NCBI GenBank assembly: GCA_029942205.1
Contig: JAOZTL010000001.1
Location: forward strand, 1-25,618
Direction of reading: 5' to 3'
DNA from: Bacteroidales bacterium
GTDB taxonomy: Bacteria > Bacteroidota > Bacteroidia > Bacteroidales > JAOZTL01
Length of the DNA: 25,618 nucleotides
The notes beneath the pieces are model-generated. The model ran no database searches and was not told the origin of the DNA. It was given only the letters and a program-made list of their open reading frames with translations. This document shows positions 7,526-16,551 of this stretch, piece by piece. The first letter of the stretch is position 1; the number at the start of each line of letters is the position of its first letter. The translations under genes and the position numbers were made by a program.

Positions 7526-10500
7526 TTTTGTTCCTTGTAGCATAATTTCGGCACGTCTGTTTTTCAATCGATTATCTTCGGTATCGTTCGGTGCAAGCGG
7601 CTGCGTAAGCGAATAGCCTATAATACTGAGTCTGTTGGTATTAATGCCATGACGAACAAAATAGTTGCGTACCGATTTGGCTCGTTGTTCCGATAAGGCT
7701 TGATTAAACGTCTGCGTGCCTTCATTGTCGGTATGCCCCGATATTTGGACATGTACGTCTTTATTTTTTGCCAGATAAGCCAACATGTTCTTCAGTTTCT
7801 TTTGTCCTTCGGTTGTTAATTGATAAGCACCAGTGGTGAAATTAAGTGTTGCAATTATTTCTCCTTGCTCATAGTCAAGCTTCGATAGTTTAAACGGGAT
7901 TCTTTCTTTCGGAATATCCAGTATCGACATAAATTCTACTTTTGCCTTTTCTGGTTTGTATCCCTTCTTGATGGCTTGCAAGGTACATGCTCTCCCAATA
8001 GGCACAGCGATAGAATAGTTTCCATCAGCTTTGGAGCTTACTCTACGAATAACGTGCCCCGAAGCATTATCAAAACAAACAACCATTGCCACCAAATCTT
8101 CATCCGTCAGTAAGTCTTTTACATTTCCTTTCACGGTCATGTACTTAGGAGCAATGCACTCGCCCACAAAAGTTACGGAAGCAGGAAAGTCAATGTTTTC
8201 AAAATAAATATTGATAGTAAGCGTGGTCAATCCTCGTTTATTGGGATTATACACCGATTTAAAATCTAGTGTGCGCCCAGGTAATATTTCTTTTCCAATC
8301 AATTTTTTTGGTAATCGAATTTGCCCATCGTTTTTTCCCAGCACTTCCACATAAACAACCTTTAAGTTTTCGTTGGATATATTTTCGACAACGGATGATT
8401 TTTTCGTTACAGCATGTTTTGGTTTGGTTTTACCAAAGTACACATAACTATTCGTTACCCGAAAAGGCTCAGGAATACCAATTCCAGCAATAATGGTTTT
8501 GAATGTTTTGGCTGGTGTTACCACCCACAGTTCGGCAGTTTTCAATCCTTTGCTACTTGGACGAAAAGCTAACTCTAAATTTTTAGATGTATTTGCAGCA
8601 ATCGTGTACGGCGCATGTCCCGATACAATGTGAAAATCAATAGAATCTTTTCCATGAATTTGAATACTGGTAACATTAGACGTAAACTTGCTGTTTTTAT
8701 TCGTTATTTCATTTTTGAAAACACCCGCTAAAGTGCGATTAACAAACACAGGCTTGAATGTGATGGGTTTCAAATTCAAATCGACCGACATGACCGAGAA
8801 GTTATTATTCGAAATATCTTGATAAAATCCCGTTTCATAAAACGAAACGACACCTAACTTATTTCCATTCAAAATTTCGATCATGTTCCGCTGGCTATGA
8901 TCGTAGACAGCCGCTACAATTTTCAAATCGGGTCGTGTGGGCATGGTTCTAATAAAATCCAAGTTTTTTCTTTTCCATATTTTAACCGCCTTGCTCGATA
9001 CGGTTATCATGTTGCGTGTATCTGGCGAGTAATCAACATAACGAATACCCTTTTGCTCGTTTTTAACGTTCTGCAATTCCTCTCCCATCCAATTCATCAC
9101 GACTAATTTGTTCTTATAGCAAAGTAGAATTTGTTTTTCCAGTGTCAAACGAAAATAGCCAATTCCTCTAGCCTTCATTATTTTATAAACTTCACCTGTC
9201 GTAGGACTCATCAAAAGTAATTTTCCTTTTGTGATGAGCATCAACGTGTCGCCTTTTGCATTTATCAATAATGCACGTGCGCCACCTTTACCCAATTTTA
9301 CTGTTTCTAATAGTTCGCCTGTAGCCACATCCCACGTTATCATTTTGTCATCACGTGCTACACTGATGATTTTACTGTTGTCGGGAGTAATGACGATGTC
9401 TTGTATGCGTTTTTTATGCCCTTTCAAATGAACAAACTTCAAGAAATCTGTTGGTAGCATTTGACTTACTTCTTGTCCTTTTTCGTCGTACACATAAATT
9501 ATGTTTCCAGCCGATACAGCTACCAAACTACCGTCATGACTGTACATGCTTTTACTTATTGATTCTCGTTCGTCATACAAGGTTTGGTATTTGGTGTATT
9601 CTTTGGTCAATAACGTTACACGATTCCTGCTCGTCAGCAAAAGCTTCGAGTTATCGTGGCTACGATTGATTTGAGATGTTCCTCGAATGAGCGGATAAAT
9701 TTTAGAAATACGAGCGTTGCTTTGTTCTGCTACTTTAACGATACAGCTATCACTCACCACACCTGGGATAATTACATGAGCACTACTTCCAGAGCCTACA
9801 CCGATTAAATCATAGGTTTCGCCACCATCGCTACTGAATGAAATATCGGTAAATGACATTTTATTTGCCGATTTCCATTTGACTTCTATGTGTTCTCCAG
9901 GCGAAAACTGTTCGCCTCCATTGGGATAAACAACTTTTAGCATTGATAAATTAGCAGGCACTTTATTGCGATCACCTGCCTGCAAAAACACCTCGGCATT
10001 GGAACACGCCTCACTCACCAAGCGCAAACGAGACCAATAAAACGAATCGGTTGGAGGAGTGTATTTAATATTAACGATCAAAACAGAATCTTGCTTTAAG
10101 GTAAAAGGCGCAGTTCTGTTACTTTCAAACGAAAAAGCCTCCTTGTTATTCAAAAGCATACTATCGACTACAAAATCGCCATTTCTTGCCGTAACTTTTA
10201 GTCGCATGTCTTGCGGTGTCAGGGCTGTGTCAGGCATTCCAAAATCATTGAAACTAGAGGAGAACACTGGTCGAATACGCACACTATCGGGCACTTCAAT
10301 ATCAAACTGTTCTACTTGCGATTGATAATCTAAATGTACTCGTTGCGTTTTATTACACGTAGGCGACAATTCCCATTCAATATCTCCGAAACTTGTTTTT
10401 TCAACAATCTGCAATATTTCCATGTAAGCATTAATCGCTTCACGGCTATTACTGATGTAATCAAAACTTTTTCCTTTCGTTTTTTTACTTATTTCACCCA

Positions 10501-11152
10501 ACGATTGTGGCATCGGCATGTTAATACTGACCGTAAAAATAGTAATTTTCTCTTTCAATGCAGCTTTAGTAATACTTTCGGCTTCGGCATATCCTAAACC
10601 ATCGGTAATGAAAATAATAACTTTATCATGATCGCCCCGCTTGGCTACACGTACCGCTCCGAGTGCTGTATTCATGAATGCTTCGTTATACTCCGTGCCG
10701 CCTCGTGCGTCCAGATTATCTACCGCAGTAATCAAATCTGATTGGTTTTGGCTAAAGTCTTCTTGCATGTAAGCTTGATGATCGAAAGACATGACAGCTA
10801 TTTCGGACAAATACAAAGGAGTTCGCATAATGAATTGCCGAGCGGCTTCTTTTGCCATTTCCATGTTTTCGCCATCCATCGATCCTGATACGTCCAGCAC
10901 CAATACTACCGATACGGGACGCACTTTTGAATCCTCAAACTCAGTTATTTTCACTTGCTTAACAAGTTGGTTATCTACACTGACTTTCAACTCACTTCTA
11001 TTCATTTTCAACAACTGCCCTTCGTCATCAAAAATAATATACTTTGCTTTTATTTTAGGATAATTATCATAATCAAAGCCAAAAAACTGAATATTTTGCC
11101 CCAAAGCGAATACTGGAAGGTACAAAAAAAGAATAAAGAATATTTTTTTCAT
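7523..11152 (-). CDS. Large secreted protein: vWA + Ig-like domains + WD40 beta-propeller + OmpA-like peptidoglycan-binding C-terminus
   Basis: Start moved to ATG 11152 (MKKIFFILFLYLPVFALGQ signal peptide); MIDAS DVSGSM; YPNGGE Ig-type motif; GHKKRIQDIVITPDNSKIISVARDDKMITWD WD40 repeat; ISGHTDNEG...NQALSEQRAKSV...NRRAEI OmpA domain. Confidence 0.9.
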   Translation of the reverse strand: MKKIFFILFLYLPVFALGQNIQFFGFDYDNYPKIKAKYIIFDDEGQLLKMNRSELKVSVDNQLVKQVKITEFEDSKVRPVSVVLVLDVSGSMDGENMEMAKEAARQFIMRTPLYLSEIAVMSFDHQAYMQEDFSQNQSDLITAVDNLDARGGTEYNEAFMNTALGAVRVAKRGDHDKVIIFITDGLGYAEAESITKAALKEKITIFTVSINMPMPQSLGEISKKTKGKSFDYISNSREAINAYMEILQIVEKTSFGDIEWELSPTCNKTQRVHLDYQSQVEQFDIEVPDSVRIRPVFSSSFNDFGMPDTALTPQDMRLKVTARNGDFVVDSMLLNNKEAFSFESNRTAPFTLKQDSVLIVNIKYTPPTDSFYWSRLRLVSEACSNAEVFLQAGDRNKVPANLSMLKVVYPNGGEQFSPGEHIEVKWKSANKMSFTDISFSSDGGETYDLIGVGSGSSAHVIIPGVVSDSCIVKVAEQSNARISKIYPLIRGTSQINRSHDNSKLLLTSRNRVTLLTKEYTKYQTLYDERESISKSMYSHDGSLVAVSAGNIIYVYDEKGQEVSQMLPTDFLKFVHLKGHKKRIQDIVITPDNSKIISVARDDKMITWDVATGELLETVKLGKGGARALLINAKGDTLMLITKGKLLLMSPTTGEVYKIMKARGIGYFRLTLEKQILLCYKNKLVVMNWMGEELQNVKNEQKGIRYVDYSPDTRNMITVSSKAVKIWKRKNLDFIRTMPTRPDLKIVAAVYDHSQRNMIEILNGNKLGVVSFYETGFYQDISNNNFSVMSVDLNLKPITFKPVFVNRTLAGVFKNEITNKNSKFTSNVTSIQIHGKDSIDFHIVSGHAPYTIAANTSKNLELAFRPSSKGLKTAELWVVTPAKTFKTIIAGIGIPEPFRVTNSYVYFGKTKPKHAVTKKSSVVENISNENLKVVYVEVLGKNDGQIRLPKKLIGKEILPGRTLDFKSVYNPNKRGLTTLTINIYFENIDFPASVTFVGECIAPKYMTVKGNVKDLLTDEDLVAMVVCFDNASGHVIRRVSSKADGNYSIAVPIGRACTLQAIKKGYKPEKAKVEFMSILDIPKERIPFKLSKLDYEQGEIIATLNFTTGAYQLTTEGQKKLKNMLAYLAKNKDVHVQISGHTDNEGTQTFNQALSEQRAKSVRNYFVRHGINTNRLSIIGYSLTQPLAPNDTEDNRLKNRRAEIMLQGTK

Positions 11153-11299
11153 TGGTCTGTAAATTATTAAATAGAATGGAAAGAATAAATTTGTAACGCA
11201 ATAATGCATTTCTTTATTTTCGTTCAATAAACAAAAAAACATTTTTTAACAAATAACAGACGAAGTCTGAACTGTAAATATACAGTTAATTTTGTTCGC

Positions 11300-12187
11300 C
11301 TATTTAATTCTATGAAATTCTTTTTTTTTCTCTTGCTTCTGTTGGTACATCAAATAAGAAATATACAGATTTTGAAACAAAATATAAGTCATCGGTGCAA
11401 TACTGACAAGAGGGTTGATGTACGTAATTGAAATCCAAACGGCAAACATGGTGTTCTTCTGCCCTAGAGCTACTTCTGCTTCTTTTCGGTATTTTCCTTT
11501 CGTCAGCAAAAGTCCTGCTTGGAAACTTACAAAACAAACAATGGCACTCATCAATGCAATGAGCAACAATTGAGTAATGCTTGCTGTTGTTTCAAACAAA
11601 ATGTAATCGGATGATTTGGCTGATGCTAAGAAGATGTTGGATAAAAACAGAATAAAAGTCGCATCTTTCAGTCGATTAAATAACGAATGAATTTTGGGCA
11701 TAAAATACAAAATACTCTGCGCCAATACAAATGGAATAATAAAAATAGTAACCATCGATTGTACCAGCACCCAGCTATTCACGTCGTTTTCTATGCCATA
11801 AACATGCGGAATATACCACGGCAGCAGGCTTGCAATAATGGTGTTGGTAAGAAGTGTAGAAATGGCTACCCACGTTACATTCAGTTTTAAAAATCCGCTA
11901 ATGGCAGGCGCAGCAATAGCAGTAGGCGCAAGTGCAATGATGGACGTTGCATAAGCCAATTGAATATCAAAGGGTTTGATGATGAAAAATGCAAGAGTGC
12001 CTATTGTTAAATTTGCAATAGCGATGTAGCCATGTGCCAAGCGAATGTGTTTATAGGAAATACGCAGGTTCAGAAATGAAAAAAATAGCATCGCAGCCAA
12101 AAGCCACTTTATCATAAAAGAAAAGACGGATGCTTGGTGAATAGCTGTTCCTACAATAATTGCGGCGATTATTAAAATAGATCTCAT
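11300..12187 (-). CDS. Bile acid:sodium symporter (SBF-like) family transporter
   Basis: About 9 hydrophobic segments; LLAAMLFFSFL, APTAIAAP and GQKNT motifs. Confidence 0.8.
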   Translation of the reverse strand: MRSILIIAAIIVGTAIHQASVFSFMIKWLLAAMLFFSFLNLRISYKHIRLAHGYIAIANLTIGTLAFFIIKPFDIQLAYATSIIALAPTAIAAPAISGFLKLNVTWVAISTLLTNTIIASLLPWYIPHVYGIENDVNSWVLVQSMVTIFIIPFVLAQSILYFMPKIHSLFNRLKDATFILFLSNIFLASAKSSDYILFETTASITQLLLIALMSAIVCFVSFQAGLLLTKGKYRKEAEVALGQKNTMFAVWISITYINPLVSIAPMTYILFQNLYISYLMYQQKQEKKKEFHRIK

Positions 12188-12418
12188 ACTTCTACTTTAT
12201 CAAGTTAATATTAGTTGATTATTAGTGCATTATCTCCTTTTTACTTCAAGCTCAGATACCTTTTCTCACTTGAATATTTCGCTAAAAGTACGCTTTTTTC
12301 TTATTTCTTTTCTAAGATAATCTATAAAGTTATTAACAATTATGTTGTCTCCTTATATCATGGAAGGACTAATTACAACAAATCGAAATATTATTTTTGT
12401 AAAATTTAAGTCTCTAAG

Positions 12419-12449
12419 TTTGGTATTTTATTTTTGTTTCCTAACTTTA
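12419..12449 (+). promoter_or_regulatory. Putative Bacteroidota promoter (TTTG-N19-TAACTTTA) for the YbjN-domain gene
   Basis: -33 box exact, -7 box has one mismatch, canonical spacing. Confidence 0.45.
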
Positions 12450-12463
12450 CGGAACGAAATTTC

Positions 12464-12515
12464 TAAGGTCTTCGATCTTTTTTGATGTCGCTTACGCACT
12501 TATACAAAATATTAC
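12464..12515 (+). repeat. Dispersed element, long copy
   Basis: TAAGGTCTTCGATCTTTTTTGATGTCGCTTACGCACTTATACAAAATATTAC. Confidence 0.9.
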
Positions 12516-12578
12516 CAATAACTAATCACTCCACACAAAGGAGTCATTGAATTTCAATTACTTATAAAATTTAAACTC

Positions 12579-13016
12579 ATGAATAAGTATTCGATTTTAA
12601 CACTTATTATTTTATTTAGTCAAATAGGTTTAATCGCACAACAAGTACAAACGAAAGAAGTGTACACGTATGCCAACTCCACACTTATCGAAGATATAAT
12701 GACAGCCAAGGATATTGAGTTCGAAGCTTTGCAGTATAATCAATATAAAATAAAGCTAGGAAGGTACAACGTTTCGGTAAGTGTAGATGAAGGTGATTTG
12801 CTTTTAAGAGCCTATTTTTCGGGTGAGCCTACCTTGAACCGAATCAATGATTTCAATACTCAATACCGATGGGCTCGTGTGTATTTAGACAAAGATGGCG
12901 ACTTGACCATCGCTTCAGAATTGAGCTTCACTGGCGGAATAACAAAAGATGGCATCCATACGTTTATCAATACTTTTAAGGCTTTATTAGAAACATTATC
13001 CGAATTTATGGATTAG
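12579..13016 (+). CDS. YbjN-domain (type III chaperone-like fold) protein with an N-terminal signal peptide
   Basis: INDFNTQYRWARVYLDKDGDLTIASELSFTGGIT...FINTF pattern typical of YbjN; hydrophobic N-terminus ending LIA-Q. Confidence 0.78.
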   Translation: MNKYSILTLIILFSQIGLIAQQVQTKEVYTYANSTLIEDIMTAKDIEFEALQYNQYKIKLGRYNVSVSVDEGDLLLRAYFSGEPTLNRINDFNTQYRWARVYLDKDGDLTIASELSFTGGITKDGIHTFINTFKALLETLSEFMD

Positions 13017-13185
13017 GTCTTCGACCTTTTTGATGTTACTTACGTAATTGTACTAAATTATAGAAGTCAAAAGTAGAAAGAATTCTTGTTAATAGTCTTT
13101 TTTTTAGACTAAAACTCAAAAAGATCTTTGACCTTTTTGATGTTGCTTACGCAATTGTACTAAATATAGAAGTCAAAAGTAGAAA
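13014..13185 (+). repeat. Tandem pair of ~65-bp copies of the dispersed element (13014-13079, 13121-13185)
   Basis: Shared GACCTTTTTGATGTTRCTTACGYAATTGTACTAAA(T)TATAGAAGTCAAAAGTAGAAA; the first copy starts at the YbjN TAG stop. Confidence 0.92.
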
Positions 13186-13229
13186 AAATGTATCCATCTA
13201 AAATCGAAGCTCTTAAATTTTAACTCATT

Positions 13230-14639
13230 ATGTCTACAGAACAATTAGGCTCGTACATTGTTGCTTTTAGCGACTTGATGTGGGGTACACCTTTACTGGT
13301 ATTATTACTAGGCGGAGGCTTATTTTTTCTTTTTTATTCACGTTTAGCCCCCTTGTTGTATTTGAAGCATGCCGTGGAAATACTGATGGGACGCTACGAC
13401 GATCCGAATGAAATAGGACAAATCAATCACTACCAAGCTCTATCGACCGCCATTGCTGGCACGGTAGGCATGGGTAATGTAAGCGGCGTGGCTATCGCCA
13501 TCAGTACAGGTGGTCCTGGTGCAATGTTTTGGATGTGGGTGAGTGCCATGATTGGAGTATCTACCAAATTTTTTACCTGCACGCTAGCCGTTATGTATCG
13601 AGGGAAAGACTCGGCGGGCGAAGTGCAAGGCGGTCCGATGTACGTGATTCGTGAAGGCTTAGGTCGTCGTTGGCAACCGCTAGCTGTTTTCTTTTCTATC
13701 GTGGCCATGATTGGGGTAGCACCAATGTTTCAAGCCAACCAATTGAGCCAAATTCTACAAGACGTAATTCTAACCAAGAACGGCATTACTCCCTCTTTTG
13801 AGTCAAGTTTGATTGTCGGAATTATCATTGCTGTTTTAGTAGGGTTGGTTATTTTTGGAGGCATACAGCGTATAGGCGCAGTTACGGGTAAGTTAGTTCC
13901 ATTTATGGTGGTTGTTTATATCATTTCTGTTCTTTATATTCTGTTCAGTAATGTAACCGAAATCATTCCAGCATTTCAGTTAATTATTCACGATGCATTT
14001 ACTGGTGATGCATTATTGGGCGGCTCACTTGGGTCGTTGATAATCGTAGGAGTACGGCGTGCGGCTTTCTCCAACGAGGCAGGAATAGGCACTGCACCCA
14101 TGGCTCACGGTGCAGCCAAAACAAACGAGCCAATTCGTGAAGGGCTAGTAGCTATGCTGGGTCCTATTATCGATACCATCATCATTTGTACGATGACGGC
14201 TCTGGCAATCATCATTACAGGAGTTTGGGTGGAGTCTGATGCAAGTGGAATTACGCTTACCACCATGGCTTTTGAGCAAAGTATGCAGGGTTTCGGCTCT
14301 ATTCTTCTCACTATCAGCGTATCGGTATTTGCACTTACCACGCTATTTGCTTATCCTTACTATGGAACAAAGAGTTTTGCTTTCTTGTTTGGTGTTAAGT
14401 ACCAAAATATCTATAAGATACTTTACATTTTAGCGATTCCTCTCGGGACGGTTACTTCTCTAGGAGTTGTCATTAGTATTTTTGATAGTGCTTATGCTTT
14501 AATGGCTTTCCCTACCATGATTTCGGCTCTCCTTCTTGCCCCAAAAGTAAGAAAAGCAGCTAAAGTCTATTTCAAAAAACTAAAGTCTTCGACCTTATCA
14601 GAGCAGCTTGTTCATAAAAAGTCATCCTCTGACGAGTAA
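13230..14639 (+). CDS. Alanine/glycine:cation symporter (AGCS, AlsT/AgcS family)
   Basis: ALSTAIAGTVGMGNVSGVAIAI..GGPGAMFWMW, GGPMY, GVRRAAFSNEAGIGTAP and DTIIICTMTA motifs. Confidence 0.95.
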   Translation: MSTEQLGSYIVAFSDLMWGTPLLVLLLGGGLFFLFYSRLAPLLYLKHAVEILMGRYDDPNEIGQINHYQALSTAIAGTVGMGNVSGVAIAISTGGPGAMFWMWVSAMIGVSTKFFTCTLAVMYRGKDSAGEVQGGPMYVIREGLGRRWQPLAVFFSIVAMIGVAPMFQANQLSQILQDVILTKNGITPSFESSLIVGIIIAVLVGLVIFGGIQRIGAVTGKLVPFMVVVYIISVLYILFSNVTEIIPAFQLIIHDAFTGDALLGGSLGSLIIVGVRRAAFSNEAGIGTAPMAHGAAKTNEPIREGLVAMLGPIIDTIIICTMTALAIIITGVWVESDASGITLTTMAFEQSMQGFGSILLTISVSVFALTTLFAYPYYGTKSFAFLFGVKYQNIYKILYILAIPLGTVTSLGVVISIFDSAYALMAFPTMISALLLAPKVRKAAKVYFKKLKSSTLSEQLVHKKSSSDE

Positions 14640-14827
14640 TTGATCCATTAATAATCCAGTATTTTATTGAAATAATTATAGACTTACCTAATTGTATAAA
14701 ATCTTAATTCTATTTTAAAACAATCAATTATTTTGTTTCTTACAAATTATTAGTTACCTTTATAGCATTATTTTGTTTTTTTTGCAATCAAATTACTGCA
14801 ATCAAGTACTTAAAAAAAAGCAAGTAA

Positions 14828-16378
14828 ATGAACCAACAAGCAACATATAAAGAATTAAAAGATGAATTAGAATTAATAAAAAAAACTAACGATTCTAAAT
14901 TTTTAATTAATCTAGCAGGCGTTATTTTTATAGAGATAAATGCCAAAGGAATAGTAACATTGGTAAATAAAAAAGCCTGTGAAGTATTCGGATATACCGA
15001 AAACGAGATGTTGGGTAAAAACTGGTTTGAAGCATTTATCCCCGAACGAATACAAAAAGAGATACTCCCGATTGCCGATAAAATACTCCGAGGCGAAATA
15101 GAATCGGCAGAGTATTATGAAAATCCGATACTCACCAAAAGCGGCGAAGAAAGACTTATTTACTGGCACAATGCAGCGATATACAACTCGGAGGGAGATA
15201 TAATTGGGCATTTGAGCTCTGGCGAAGACATAACCGAACGTAGAAAAGCAGAAAAAAGCTTACAAGAAAGCAAAGACCGCCTATCCATAGCCTTACTTGC
15301 AGGAAACAGTGGTATTTGGGATTGGGATATTCAGAAAGGAGAGGTTTTTTTTGATGAAAATTATTTTCTTATTGCAGGCTACGAACCAAATGCTTTCCCA
15401 CATACGTATGAAGAATGGAAAAAACGAGTACATCCCGACGATCGTGAAATTTCAGAAAAGAACGTAAACGATTACATCAGTGGAGTAGCCGATGAATATG
15501 CTTCAGAGTTTCGTTTTAAAACAAAAGATGGAGATTGGATGTGGATGATTGGTCAAGGAAAAATAACACAGTACGATAATACGGGTAATCCGATTCGTTT
15601 TATAGGCACACACACCAATATTGATAATAAAAAGAAATCAGAACAGTCCTTGATCGAGCGAGAAACACAACTAAGAGAAAGCAATCAGACCAAAGACAAA
15701 TTATTTTCGATTATAGCCCACGATTTGCGTAGCCCATTTAGTGGCATCATAGGCTTTGCAGGGCTATTGCTTGAAAATAATGCAACGTATAATACAGAAA
15801 AACGAAAAAAACTCATCGACACAATTCTGTTTAGTTCTCGAAAAACATACAGCCTCTTACAAAACTTACTGGAATGGTCGATGGCACAAACGAATAAAAT
15901 CAACTATAAGCCTGAGACACATGATTTGCAACAAATATTTGAAGATACGATCGATCAACATCAAAGTAGAGCAAGTGCTAAGGAGATTCAATTGCATCAC
16001 GTGCTAAAAGAGAAATTTGAAGTACACGCCGATTTGCATATACTACACACCATACTTCGCAACTTGCTGTCTAACGCCATAAAGTACACCCACTCTGGCG
16101 GGCAGATTACCTTAAATGGACAAAAGGACAAAGACGACTCCGTTATTATTTCGGTACAAGACTCTGGCATAGGCATCAGTGAAGCGCAACAACCACATAT
16201 TTTTAAATTAGCCGACAAACAAACGACCGCCGGTACTGAAAATGAAAAAGGTAGTGGGCTTGGCTTGGTTTTAAGCAAGGAATTTGTTGAAAAACACTAC
16301 GGAAATATTTGGGTGGAGAGTCAAGTGGGCGTTGGCTCTACATTTTATTTCTCTATCCGAAGCAAAAATGCAGACTAA
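14828..16378 (+). CDS. Cytoplasmic PAS-PAS sensor histidine kinase
   Basis: Two PAS/PAC domains (EDITERR; GIWDWD...VHPDD); H-box FSIIAHDLRSP; N-box NLLSNAIKYT; DSGIG and GSGLGL G-boxes; no transmembrane segment. Confidence 0.95.
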   Translation: MNQQATYKELKDELELIKKTNDSKFLINLAGVIFIEINAKGIVTLVNKKACEVFGYTENEMLGKNWFEAFIPERIQKEILPIADKILRGEIESAEYYENPILTKSGEERLIYWHNAAIYNSEGDIIGHLSSGEDITERRKAEKSLQESKDRLSIALLAGNSGIWDWDIQKGEVFFDENYFLIAGYEPNAFPHTYEEWKKRVHPDDREISEKNVNDYISGVADEYASEFRFKTKDGDWMWMIGQGKITQYDNTGNPIRFIGTHTNIDNKKKSEQSLIERETQLRESNQTKDKLFSIIAHDLRSPFSGIIGFAGLLLENNATYNTEKRKKLIDTILFSSRKTYSLLQNLLEWSMAQTNKINYKPETHDLQQIFEDTIDQHQSRASAKEIQLHHVLKEKFEVHADLHILHTILRNLLSNAIKYTHSGGQITLNGQKDKDDSVIISVQDSGIGISEAQQPHIFKLADKQTTAGTENEKGSGLGLVLSKEFVEKHYGNIWVESQVGVGSTFYFSIRSKNAD

Positions 16379-16430
16379 AGTCTTCGTGCTTATTTTTAGT
16401 TTAACAATCATTATTCTCCTTATTTTTCAG

Positions 16431-16438
16431 TATCTTTG
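16431..16438 (+). promoter_or_regulatory. -7 box TATCTTTG upstream of YitT
   Basis: Exact TAnnTTTG about 113 nt upstream of ATG 16552. Confidence 0.5.
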
Positions 16439-16551
16439 AAACAATTAAAGGCTTTAACTTACTTTATTTGAATTTAAAATCAGACATCCCAATTAATGGT
16501 TTATCTCAATTAACGAGTAACGGCCTTATCGTTTTCCCAAAAAAAGATACT

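Noticed and set aside
11200-11228. Fourth copy of the GGAAAC-N12-GCATC motif upstream of vWA-OmpA
   Set aside because: TGAAC...GCATT has a different spacing and a poor match.
11153-11242. N-terminal extension of the vWA-OmpA ORF given by the ORF track
   Set aside because: ATG 11152 gives a canonical signal peptide; the upstream 30 codons look like AT-rich leader.
11293-11305. Another dispersed-element copy at the SBF transporter stop (GTTCGCCTATTT)
   Set aside because: Only about 9 nt of similarity with no tail; could be chance.
13017-13229. Glycine riboswitch upstream of the alanine/glycine symporter
   Set aside because: The leader is mostly two repeat copies; no GGAGA/GAAGG/CAGG aptamer core was seen.
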